From positions 1 through 58,231 of IMG/VR virus record IMGVR_UViG_3300025759_000107: a stretch of 58,231 nucleotides of DNA; one strand, given 5' to 3'. The translations under genes were made by a program, and so were the position numbers. Within the stretch, counting starts at the first letter, position 1. Every line of letters starts with the position of its first letter. Positions 1-9,533 of the stretch are shown here, in pieces. The notes under the pieces were generated by a model that saw only the letters and a program-made list of their open reading frames with translations, was not told the DNA's origin and searched no databases. Source of the DNA: a virus. Its lineage: Duplodnaviria > Caudoviricetes.

Positions 1-1
1 C

Positions 2-199
2 CTTCTATCTCCATACGTACTACGCTACGACATTATGGAAACTATCGAGGGCGACCTTACACCACCTTCTGAAATTGCTAGAAGCAGAAATCTTAGAGCG
101 GTTTTGTACGAGTCCGGTGAGAATACAGACAACGGTGAGTTCTACCTTGGAATTGCCTTCGTTTCCGAGAGTATGTACCAATCTATCATGCAAGACTGA
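2..199 (+). CDS. Partial CDS (5' end outside window), probable head-tail/tail-completion protein
   Basis: Open frame from base 2 (LLSPYVLRYDIMETIEGD...SMYQSIMQD*) ending at TGA 197-199, directly upstream of the tail tube gene; function inferred from position only. Confidence 0.5.
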   Translation, partial: LLSPYVLRYDIMETIEGDLTPPSEIARSRNLRAVLYESGENTDNGEFYLGIAFVSESMYQSIMQD

Positions 200-285
200 G
201 GAATCAAATCTGACAGTATATAAAGTGTGCAAAACACCTACGCAACCGCTTTACTTAATACCCATGTTCGACAGCATCTCACTCA

Positions 286-723
286 ATGGCATTACATTCA
301 TTCACAGGTGTAACTGGTTCAATCAGAACTTCCGGTACTACAACCGGGGCATTAGTGGGGTATGTGCAGGGAGACTTCACATTGGCCGCCGCTACTGGAA
401 AATATGTTGAACTAGGGTCATCTTATGCAACTGCGAACACAAGAGGACTGAAATCAGCAAGCGGGTCATTATCCGCCGCATGGGGAATAAAATCTTCAGA
501 ATTACATGACATGTTAACCAATGACGAAGAGTTTGAGATTAGATTTGCAGCAGCCGGAACACAGGCAGTGGGAACAACATCTGGAACTAAAGTTTTCACA
601 TTAAGCAACTGCGTATTTACTGACCTAGCAACAGAAGGTCTTGAAGCAGGTGGCGAAGGTCCATTATTACTCAATGCTTCATTTGAAGCGTTAACTTGGT
701 CGTACACTGCGGCTGACAGTTGA
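286..723 (+). CDS. Tail tube (major tail) protein
   Basis: 145 aa, G/T/S/A-rich and beta-strand-like (FTLSNCVFTD...LLNASFEA); canonical position before chaperone and tape measure genes; TTAATA about 30 nt upstream. Confidence 0.75.
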   Translation: MALHSFTGVTGSIRTSGTTTGALVGYVQGDFTLAAATGKYVELGSSYATANTRGLKSASGSLSAAWGIKSSELHDMLTNDEEFEIRFAAAGTQAVGTTSGTKVFTLSNCVFTDLATEGLEAGGEGPLLLNASFEALTWSYTAADS

Positions 724-737
724 GACGGTGATTAAAC

Positions 738-1055
738 ATGACATGGATAGATAATATAATTGAACAGGCTTCAGAACCGATAATAGTGGTTGTAAAACAT
801 TTGAACATAGGAGTGGATGAGATAAAGTGTCTCCCCCTATCTGTAAAAGAATACAACGGCTTGAAACAGAACCCAGAACTAATAGGACTGAATGAAGAAG
901 ACCGAGCAGAAAGACTTGGAATGCTCATGGTTTTTGAAATGATGCTAAAGTGCGACAAAGAACTCACATGGGATAGTTTTCAAAGGATGCCCTTAACAAC
1001 CATAGGACAACTAACAACTGCAATAATGGGAGCAGTTAACGTCCCTTTAGAATAA
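738..1055 (+). CDS. Tail assembly chaperone (lambda gpG-like)
   Basis: 105 aa between tube and tape measure genes, GGTGA SD, ends at slippery heptamer C-CCT-TTA. Confidence 0.75.
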   Translation: MTWIDNIIEQASEPIIVVVKHLNIGVDEIKCLPLSVKEYNGLKQNPELIGLNEEDRAERLGMLMVFEMMLKCDKELTWDSFQRMPLTTIGQLTTAIMGAVNVPLE

Positions 1056-1261
1056 TCGAAGAGTATGCCGAGTCTGATGAAGGTCAATTCCTCTTCGCCC
1101 TCTTAGCACATCTCGGCATGAGTATAATAGAGTGGAAAGAATTAGACCCTAGAGAGGCTCATTTCCTTATAACCGCCTTCTCTGTAAAGAACCGTAAGGA
1201 GTCTGAACATAACCGTAAGGCTAGTCAAAGGGCTAGAGCGAATAGAATGGTGGGAAGATAA
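1043..1261 (+). CDS. -1 frameshift extension of the tail chaperone (gpGT-like)
   Basis: X-XXY-YYZ heptamer CCCTTTA at 1043-1049; -1 frame open for 70 codons (RIIEEYAESDEGQFLFALLAHLGMS...RMVGR*), stop TAA 1259-1261 overlaps the tape measure ATG. Confidence 0.8.
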   Translation, partial: PFRIIEEYAESDEGQFLFALLAHLGMSIIEWKELDPREAHFLITAFSVKNRKESEHNRKASQRARANRMVGR

Positions 1262-3903
1262 TGGCAGAAGTAACAACCATTATGACAAGGGTTACGGCTG
1301 ATACCACATCCTTTCGTAAGAACATGTCTGCTGTAGGTAGGTCTCTACTAGCAGCAGGTGGAAAAGTATCTCGTTTGGGTACGGTGATGAATGCTAATTT
1401 CAAAGCAATCGCTCTTTCAGCCAGTGCCGTCGGTGCATCTCTGACAGCAGGGTTTCTCAAACAATCTTCTGAACTATTCATTGAGTTTAACGATACGCTA
1501 GTCCGTACACAAGCGGTTATGCAATCGACAGGCGAAGAAGCCATGACGCTTGAGAATACAATCAGAGACATAGGTAAGTCAACAAGATTTACTGCGTCTC
1601 AAGCAGCACAGGCAGCCGAGGTTCTGGCTATTGCAGGTGTTTCATTTAATGAGATGGTTGATGATGAAGTTATTGACAAGTTAGTGAAGTTCGCTATCGC
1701 AGGTGGTACTGATATTCAGACTGCTACTACAATTGGTGTAGCGTCGGTTAAGGCGTTCCGTATGGAGATGGGACAATTGAACGAAGCAACTGACGTTCTT
1801 GTTAAGACATTTACAAGTGCAAACGTGGATGTAGTCGGTCTTGGAGAAGCAATGAAGTTCGTTGCTCCTGTTGCAGCAGCGGCAGGTATTGGAATTGAAG
1901 AAACAGCAGCGGCTATCGGTGCGTTAGGTAATGCAGGTCTACGTGGTACAGTGGCAGGTACAGGTCTGCGTATGTCCATCAATAAATTATTGAAACCAAC
2001 TTTCGATGCTAGAAAAGTTATCAATGACTTGAACTTAGAAGTATTCGTTTTATCTGATGCAGGTAAGACTGCAAATGCATCATTGAAAGCCACTATGAAC
2101 CAAATGGATGTAACAGCACGTATTACATCCCGTCTAACTATGGAAGTCAATAACTTACAAGGCGAGTTAGATGATTTGGCTATGGCTGAGAGAAAGAATC
2201 AACTCTCCATCTCAGAGATTAGATTTAGAGCGGCGCAACAACAAAGAGAGTTGAATCAATCTGAAATAGACCAAATCCGAAGGTTAGAAATGGCTAATGA
2301 AGAACTTAGTATAACATCTCAAAAGAGAACAATAGAGTTGATGGAAACATCCGATGCTATGAAGAAAGCCGAAGAAAGACAATCATCATTGAAGAAACGG
2401 TCTGATGAACTAATCAAAACAGTTGAGATGCAAACTATGGGTCTGACTTCATTGACGGACTTACTTCATCAGATGCGTGATGGTAATATTACTGCGGCTC
2501 AAGCACTGGAGATATTCGGTGTTCGTGGTGGTACGGCTGTTCTTTCATTGATGTCTCAAGTAGATGCTTTCGATGAACTTGTAGCAGCAAACAGAACTGC
2601 GGCAGGTACAACAGAACAATTCTCTACCACACTACAACAATCATCTTTTGAAGCATTGCGTGTTTTCAAATCACAGATTGAAGAAGCGTCAATTACTCTC
2701 GGTGTTCATTTCGTCCGGGCTTTATTCGATGTCGAATATCAAGGACAGAAAACTACGGGTGTCCTTAGCGACTTCGGTAAGACGTTGAACGAACCGGGTG
2801 GTGTAGTTGAACAATTGACACCGCAGATAATTGCATTAGCAAATACTCTGAAAACAAATCTACCTGCTGCAATCGACGTTTTAGTCGCTACTGTACCTTT
2901 GTTCGTAGAAGTCTTGTCGGCAATAGCAAGAATACTACCTGCACTAGCATTGTTGGGTCGAATATTAACGGCTATTGTGACTCCATTAGTAAGACTGTTT
3001 GGTATGTTCATGGATGTGGTTGATGCGGTTCTTACATTCGACGGTTCACTAAAGGGGTTAGTGAAAATATTTAGTACACTTATTACTTTCGTATTGGAAG
3101 CAATAGTTATATTCTCTGGGGTTGGATGGGTCTTGAGGTCTCTCGGCGTTTTCTTTGAAGGAACTAATGAAAAAGCGTCTAAGTTTTTCCACACTCTAGC
3201 CGACTTTGCAGGGTTGGCAAAGGGTGGAGCAAAACTATTCATGATGTTGGGTAAAAGGTTGCCCGGTCTAGGACGTTTGTTCAAAGGTGCAAGTAGTGGA
3301 GCAGGTTCTTTCTTGAAGAGTCTTAAAATCTTAAAAGGCCCAATCAACACTATATCGAAGTTGGTTGCTAAATTGAAAAACTTACTCCAACAACTTGGCG
3401 GAGTCTTGAAGAATAATCGTTTTACAAAGTTCTTCGGCAAGGTGAGAAGTGCATTAACTGACAGTCGTTCTTCTGCTCAAATAGCAAATAGTGTTGAAAA
3501 AACCAATCGAAGAAACTTAGCACATGCTATGGGGAATCAAGGCATGGGTGGAACAAAAGGATTGACACCCGACCAAGTGAACGCAGGGCTACGGGCTAGA
3601 GGTATTCCAGTAAAGGATATGCCTCTCTTCGCCGCAGGTGGTATTGTGTCAAAACCAACAATAGGTATGATAGGTGAAGGTGGAGATAGTGAAGCAGTTA
3701 TTCCTTTGACAAATAGTAAACTAAAACAAATTGGAGTAGGTATCGCTGATGCAAGTGGTGGCATGGGTACTAACATCTCTATTGGCGATATTGTGATTAA
3801 CGGTGATGGGTTGAACAAGCATGAGATACAGGCTATGATTGAACGTGAACTACCAAAAATCATCAACCGTTCAATGAGACGGGGAGCACAGGGGGTTATC
3901 TGA
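1261..3903 (+). CDS. Tail tape measure protein
   Basis: 880 aa; TP901-type core (IGKSTRFTASQAAQA, LGEAMKFVAPVA, GLRGTVAGTGLR), coiled-coil insert, hydrophobic segment, C-terminal FAAGGIV...GEGG.EAVIPL. Confidence 0.95.
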   Translation: MAEVTTIMTRVTADTTSFRKNMSAVGRSLLAAGGKVSRLGTVMNANFKAIALSASAVGASLTAGFLKQSSELFIEFNDTLVRTQAVMQSTGEEAMTLENTIRDIGKSTRFTASQAAQAAEVLAIAGVSFNEMVDDEVIDKLVKFAIAGGTDIQTATTIGVASVKAFRMEMGQLNEATDVLVKTFTSANVDVVGLGEAMKFVAPVAAAAGIGIEETAAAIGALGNAGLRGTVAGTGLRMSINKLLKPTFDARKVINDLNLEVFVLSDAGKTANASLKATMNQMDVTARITSRLTMEVNNLQGELDDLAMAERKNQLSISEIRFRAAQQQRELNQSEIDQIRRLEMANEELSITSQKRTIELMETSDAMKKAEERQSSLKKRSDELIKTVEMQTMGLTSLTDLLHQMRDGNITAAQALEIFGVRGGTAVLSLMSQVDAFDELVAANRTAAGTTEQFSTTLQQSSFEALRVFKSQIEEASITLGVHFVRALFDVEYQGQKTTGVLSDFGKTLNEPGGVVEQLTPQIIALANTLKTNLPAAIDVLVATVPLFVEVLSAIARILPALALLGRILTAIVTPLVRLFGMFMDVVDAVLTFDGSLKGLVKIFSTLITFVLEAIVIFSGVGWVLRSLGVFFEGTNEKASKFFHTLADFAGLAKGGAKLFMMLGKRLPGLGRLFKGASSGAGSFLKSLKILKGPINTISKLVAKLKNLLQQLGGVLKNNRFTKFFGKVRSALTDSRSSAQIANSVEKTNRRNLAHAMGNQGMGGTKGLTPDQVNAGLRARGIPVKDMPLFAAGGIVSKPTIGMIGEGGDSEAVIPLTNSKLKQIGVGIADASGGMGTNISIGDIVINGDGLNKHEIQAMIERELPKIINRSMRRGAQGVI

Positions 3904-6900
3904 TGGCACGTTCAACACAGAATATTGACAAGCCTTTCTCTCGTATCAAGAACGGGCTTGCCGAACTTCAACCTATGTGGCCCGCATACGTAAAAGGCGA
4001 CGGTGGGTTAACCGTTGACCCTCAGATATTCCGCTCAAACTTCGGACCTACAACACCGTCTCTAAGCGGCCTCGTAGATGACGTTGCCAATACACCCGGT
4101 ATTCGAGTTGAAGCAATCAATGATAATGGAACAGATGCAGGGACGGAAACCGACCCCGCAGGGATAGAGCCAACTCTTACTATCTCTGGCTCTGGTGGCT
4201 TCAAGCCAATCTGTACGCTTACTCATGCTGATTCTACTAAGACATCAGTCTTTCTCATTGCTCCAACATCTGCACCCACTGATTCATTTGGTTTGTATGA
4301 TAATGACTATACTGCTGAGAAGAGAACAAGCCCAATGCAGGGTGAGGTTGGTGTAGGCACTGAGCATACAAGAAGTAACGGTCCATATCCAGTCTTTATG
4401 ACAATTCAAGAACTCACCGAGTTTATTGATGACTACCGTCATATCGGTCAACTCAATGCAAGTAAGCCTTCATTCTTACCACATGGGGTCGAAGGTAGAG
4501 ACAGTCATGTAAGTGCGACAAGTGCTAACCCTGTACATGGGGCTGACCCTCGTATTGAATGGATGGTAGATACCAACAGTGAGTCTGCATTCGGCCATGC
4601 TGACATACCTGCAACTTCTCCTTACAGAGCAACTGTTTTCCATCCAATGTTGCTTGACGTTAATCAGTTTCATAAAGACATATCCGGTGCTACAATAAAA
4701 GTATCAAGTGGTATAAGAAATGGGTCAACATCAGCACAGTATTTTCCTAATGGAATTACTAGATATGACTCTGACCCAAGTGGTCTTGATTCTTCAACAA
4801 TAAAATACAAAGTATTCGGTAAGTCTGGAGACCACTTGACGGGTCTCCTTCATGCTAACCTTCATGCTAATTTACCGAACAGTAATTATTTTCAATCATT
4901 TGATTCAACAGCAGTGCCTTCACCAAAATATAGAATGAAAATGGCACTGGCTTGCTTTCTCAAAGACGGCACTTACTCATTGAATGATGGTGTAATTGTT
5001 CCTTATGTCTACGACCAAACAAGACATATTGGTGGAACGACAACAAGCACACTCTATTCTATATGGGATGGATTACACGGCTACGGCAGTGAGGATGATG
5101 CTACTTACTATTCAAATGATTACCTTGAGACAAATGATTGCTCGGCTCAGATATTCCCATTCTTTGACTTCACTCAAGGACCACTTGCCCCCTCTGCTCA
5201 AGGCAACAACTGGACCAACGAACAGATGACTGCTAGGCATACAACCACTACAAATGCAAATGGTGTGTTGAACACAATTATTGCTCCACCGCCTCATAGA
5301 ATGGCAATCTTAGGAATGAAGAAAACGGGGTCGTTAATCACCGTGTTTTGCGACCACATGGACACCACTGAAGATACTGCTCTACCTGCGGGGACACCTA
5401 TTTATTTAGAAAATAATAACGCAAATAATTTTGGAACTACTAACAAAGCAACATTCCCAACCGCAGAAAGAAAACTATGGCCCGATAGATGGGGCTTGAG
5501 AGGTAATCAAGATGGTTCAGATACTTATGAGGATTCAGACGACTCCACTGATGTAGGACGCTCCTACAACGGTTGGTGGATAACTAACGCTGATGCTACA
5601 ATAACTACGGGCAATTCAGACGCGGATTGGCAAGCCGCCGATGCTCCGGCAGGTATGTATGATAAGTCGGGTCAAACAATAGCAAATGGTTATGGCGGGA
5701 CAACTCGTTCTTTTGTTGCGTTTACATTCAAGACTGCATTGTTTGAAACAGGAACGGATTTGAATGAAGTTATCTTATTCAATAGAGGTGATGCTTACCT
5801 AAGAAGGGGCATGGTGGGTGGTTCAGAACAGAAATACTTTCACACTCCCGATGCAGATGACAATGCAACAGCAGGGAATATCTTTGGAATTGAGAAGAGA
5901 GATGCTAACGCCGAAGGAAGTCCTTCGCATTCAGAACTTGGAACAGGATTTCAAATTGGTGTTTCACAAATGGACAGCAATGTTCCGGCAAGGAGTTCCG
6001 TAGATGCAACTTACCCCGGTAGACCAACAATCGGTGAGAGAAGTTTACCCTCAGTTGATGGAAAACATAGAGATGGAAAAGTTGTGTTACGTTCAATTGG
6101 TATAGTCACTAAAGATGTCGATGGTAAGATATTATCTGCTCCGAATACATACAATGAAGGTGATGGTGCTTTACGTATTCCGTCTCCATTGGGGTATGAT
6201 TTATCGGATAGATACATTACTGTAAGCGGCAACTATAATGATAGATTGAGAGCCGATAGTGGTTTTCCTAGACTGAATGGTGAGTATGGTCATGACAAGT
6301 GGTTGTTCCGAGGTGTAAGTACACCATTCTGGTCTTATACTGATACTAACACTGGCCGTCGAGCATGGGATTACATTAAGCCAGTGGGAACTGCTCTTAC
6401 TACAAGTGGAACTTGGACGTATGGTAGAAATCGTCCTTGGCCCGGACACGAAAGACTTGGTACTCGATTATCTATGAGTCCTACGTTGCTACGTAGCACT
6501 GACCATTCTGCAACTTGGACAGAGAGTGTGTCGGGAGATGTCGTCTCGGCTAGAAGTTCAACTACTAAGTATGGACTTTCAGAGATGGCCGCATCTCCGG
6601 TTTATCTTGACGCTGAGATTACTGCGTTCTTCCCCGCTAGACCAAATAGAATGATTATGGTTGAGTTTGATGGTAATGAAGAACACCCAGTATTCGGCAG
6701 ACATTCTATGGTTATGGACACCCCTGCTCATAATTATGGTATGGGGTTAGAGCCTATTTGGGACGGGAATATTGACGGTATATCTCAATTGACTGACCCA
6801 ACATCAGTGAGTGGAACTGCATTGACTATCCCAACTAACAGTGATAAGAGATTCTACACTAGGTTAACAGCCGCCCAACATAATGGTGAGAATGCCGGTC

Positions 6901-9530
6901 CTTTCCGTAGTGGTTATTTTGATTCAGACGATGTAGCGGTGACTGCCGGAACAGTGAAAACTGTACCCGGCCTACATAATATGAAGAGATTATTTTGGAA
7001 TCATACACCTAATGCTACTGGTAATAAATCAGCAGATGTGGGGGTGTTTGACGTAAAGAACAGGTATGCACGTGTTAAGGCTGATAATGCCTATCCACCT
7101 TCTTCAATATACAATAGACCCGCAGTATGGATGACTGGTGGGCTACCACACTTGACAACAAGTGGAACATGGACTGGATTCGTTGACCTTGATGGAGATG
7201 ATACATACAACCTACCCGGCACTGGTGGGTTTGGTAGGTTAGGAAATGGTTTTGGAACTTCAAATTACTTCACATTCTCTGAAGGCACTAACACATTACG
7301 GACAGTCTTTAATACAAAGGGAATGACTTTCCTTTGGAATGGGGAAGTTGTTGGAACTGATGTATCATGTAGAACTCCAGTATGGGCCATGTCAATCAAA
7401 TCTTGCGACATAGCAACATTCCCAGTGAGAACTCCAATCGCTCATCCATCTAATTCAACCGACCACTGGGCGAACCACTGGGCCGAAGGCGACCCTGCGG
7501 TAATGCACACTGGAACAAGAGATTACAACAGAGACGATAGAGTTGCTTTTACGGAACATCAAGGTGCAAGATACACTCTTTACCTTGGTGAAATGACATA
7601 TGCTACATCGGGGACTTCACTCTCTAGGAGCGTTAGTACACCTTATGCTTTCGATACTGACTCTACATTGAATGCCGCTATGATTGCCCGTCTAACTGAC
7701 TTAACGGCAACCGAAGCACAGTTTGTTGTATTTACCTCTGACAACTTTGCAGGGACACCATTCACAATTGGCAAACAAGTCATCACTGAGTCCAGTGGAA
7801 CTTTATCTATCAACGTGGGTAGTGCTACATACATATTCACGATAGGGGGTAGTCCACCTACTTGGGTTAATAATGCAACGTATCATGTTTTTGTGTCATT
7901 ACAAGGAGAGCCAATCACACCCGATTCAATTCCGATTACATCATTGAATGGTTTCACACAAACAAGTTATTTCGAGCCAGAATATCCCGCTAGAACTCTT
8001 TTACACGTACCTGCCGACCCTACGGACTTCCTTGACTCGAATGGTGAGATAACCCGGTTGACGAATCCAACTTTGCAGAAGTCGAATCAAGATTTACAAA
8101 TCGACTCTATGACATTACGTCAATTACCAACAGACAGTATGCTACCATTTACAGTTGATTCAATTAAACAACAACCTTCGACAACGGTAGCAAGATATAC
8201 TAAACTGAATATCTATGCTAGGAATATAGACAAGGCGAAAGGGATGGACGTTAGAGTTACTTTACTAGAACCCCCAGTGGTTGCTACAATAGACCAAGAG
8301 GCTTCTACAACAATAGATGGATTCATAGACCGAGAATTAGATTATACTGGTGGAATAGGAACACTGGACTTGACTGGTTTGCCAAGCAGCGTGGTCGCTA
8401 ATGGTTTCGTCGTGAGGTTTAACTTTTATATACCTTCCGTTTCTGATACCTTACTACATCCTATCGACTGGTCTGCTATTCCTTATGTTACTTCATGGGA
8501 CGTTGAATATGATGAGAAGCCGACAGTCGATATAGCAGTTATTTCAAACTCATATGACGGCAGCACTGCGACAAGTGTTGTTGAGGCATCAGACACTACA
8601 TTCGCAACAAAGGTAGGACATGTGATAACATTCAGAGTGAGTGGTGCTACAACAGATGAAAACCGCACCATCTCTGAGTTTAAGGTTGAGTATGGCGACG
8701 GGACAGATAGTGGATGGGTAAAAGTAGAAACCCCTGCGACAAGTATAACTCAAGATATATCGTATGTTTATACAACAACAACTGGAACAAGAAACGTAAA
8801 AGCGTATGTCAAAGATGATGTGGGTAATGAATCAGTTGCTTCAGACCCTACGATAACTTACACTATTGTAAATGCCGAACCTATTGCTATCCTTAGAGCA
8901 ATACCAACAATGGTAAGAGCGGGACAAGCAATTCGCCTCGACGCATCTTCTTCGTATTCGATTAATTCATCGGCTTCACTTTCAACTTACACTTTCAACT
9001 TCGGAGACGGTTCATCTGCTGTTTCTAGTGGTACGTCATATAACGACCATACTTATGCAGAAGCGGGTGAGTTCCTTGCTACACTTGTTGTCGTGGATTC
9101 TAACGGCACATCTTCGGCTGTTGCTAAGGTAGTTGTGAAAGTATTACCTGCAACACTAATCATCCCATTAACATTGAATACAAAGCCTTCATCTTTCAGC
9201 AGACGAAGGGTTGCTACCTTTACACAAACTCCAGTCTTAGATGCTGTTTATCCCGAAGTAACTGACCGAGGGCAGAGAGTTGATGAGTTTGAAATGCAAG
9301 GAATATTCCTTAAAGAAACTGAGAATACTGATATTGAGTTTATGGAAGAGTTGTTACAAAGCGGTGCATTGGTTGAGTTTGAATATGAAGCAGTTAATTT
9401 CTCTGGACAGGCAACTAACAAGACCTTTGTAGGAAGAATGGTTTCATTCAACTATCAACGTCAAGGCGGCAATGTAGGGCAGACACCTTACACTGCGGTA
9501 TTCGTTAGAGAAGCAGGTCTGGGGGCATGA
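3903..9530 (+). CDS. Giant tail/baseplate protein with C-terminal PKD/Ig-like domains
   Basis: 1875 aa, T/S/G-rich; PKD-like motifs (VEYGDGT; YTFNFGDGS...HTYAEAGEFLATLVVVD); follows tape measure with TGATG coupling. Confidence 0.7.
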   Translation: MARSTQNIDKPFSRIKNGLAELQPMWPAYVKGDGGLTVDPQIFRSNFGPTTPSLSGLVDDVANTPGIRVEAINDNGTDAGTETDPAGIEPTLTISGSGGFKPICTLTHADSTKTSVFLIAPTSAPTDSFGLYDNDYTAEKRTSPMQGEVGVGTEHTRSNGPYPVFMTIQELTEFIDDYRHIGQLNASKPSFLPHGVEGRDSHVSATSANPVHGADPRIEWMVDTNSESAFGHADIPATSPYRATVFHPMLLDVNQFHKDISGATIKVSSGIRNGSTSAQYFPNGITRYDSDPSGLDSSTIKYKVFGKSGDHLTGLLHANLHANLPNSNYFQSFDSTAVPSPKYRMKMALACFLKDGTYSLNDGVIVPYVYDQTRHIGGTTTSTLYSIWDGLHGYGSEDDATYYSNDYLETNDCSAQIFPFFDFTQGPLAPSAQGNNWTNEQMTARHTTTTNANGVLNTIIAPPPHRMAILGMKKTGSLITVFCDHMDTTEDTALPAGTPIYLENNNANNFGTTNKATFPTAERKLWPDRWGLRGNQDGSDTYEDSDDSTDVGRSYNGWWITNADATITTGNSDADWQAADAPAGMYDKSGQTIANGYGGTTRSFVAFTFKTALFETGTDLNEVILFNRGDAYLRRGMVGGSEQKYFHTPDADDNATAGNIFGIEKRDANAEGSPSHSELGTGFQIGVSQMDSNVPARSSVDATYPGRPTIGERSLPSVDGKHRDGKVVLRSIGIVTKDVDGKILSAPNTYNEGDGALRIPSPLGYDLSDRYITVSGNYNDRLRADSGFPRLNGEYGHDKWLFRGVSTPFWSYTDTNTGRRAWDYIKPVGTALTTSGTWTYGRNRPWPGHERLGTRLSMSPTLLRSTDHSATWTESVSGDVVSARSSTTKYGLSEMAASPVYLDAEITAFFPARPNRMIMVEFDGNEEHPVFGRHSMVMDTPAHNYGMGLEPIWDGNIDGISQLTDPTSVSGTALTIPTNSDKRFYTRLTAAQHNGENAGPFRSGYFDSDDVAVTAGTVKTVPGLHNMKRLFWNHTPNATGNKSADVGVFDVKNRYARVKADNAYPPSSIYNRPAVWMTGGLPHLTTSGTWTGFVDLDGDDTYNLPGTGGFGRLGNGFGTSNYFTFSEGTNTLRTVFNTKGMTFLWNGEVVGTDVSCRTPVWAMSIKSCDIATFPVRTPIAHPSNSTDHWANHWAEGDPAVMHTGTRDYNRDDRVAFTEHQGARYTLYLGEMTYATSGTSLSRSVSTPYAFDTDSTLNAAMIARLTDLTATEAQFVVFTSDNFAGTPFTIGKQVITESSGTLSINVGSATYIFTIGGSPPTWVNNATYHVFVSLQGEPITPDSIPITSLNGFTQTSYFEPEYPARTLLHVPADPTDFLDSNGEITRLTNPTLQKSNQDLQIDSMTLRQLPTDSMLPFTVDSIKQQPSTTVARYTKLNIYARNIDKAKGMDVRVTLLEPPVVATIDQEASTTIDGFIDRELDYTGGIGTLDLTGLPSSVVANGFVVRFNFYIPSVSDTLLHPIDWSAIPYVTSWDVEYDEKPTVDIAVISNSYDGSTATSVVEASDTTFATKVGHVITFRVSGATTDENRTISEFKVEYGDGTDSGWVKVETPATSITQDISYVYTTTTGTRNVKAYVKDDVGNESVASDPTITYTIVNAEPIAILRAIPTMVRAGQAIRLDASSSYSINSSASLSTYTFNFGDGSSAVSSGTSYNDHTYAEAGEFLATLVVVDSNGTSSAVAKVVVKVLPATLIIPLTLNTKPSSFSRRRVATFTQTPVLDAVYPEVTDRGQRVDEFEMQGIFLKETENTDIEFMEELLQSGALVEFEYEAVNFSGQATNKTFVGRMVSFNYQRQGGNVGQTPYTAVFVREAGLGA

Positions 9531-9533
9531 TGA

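Noticed and set aside
75-410. 111-aa TTG ORF in the track
   Set aside because: Overlaps both the partial gene ending at 199 and the tail tube gene in other frames; no recognisable features
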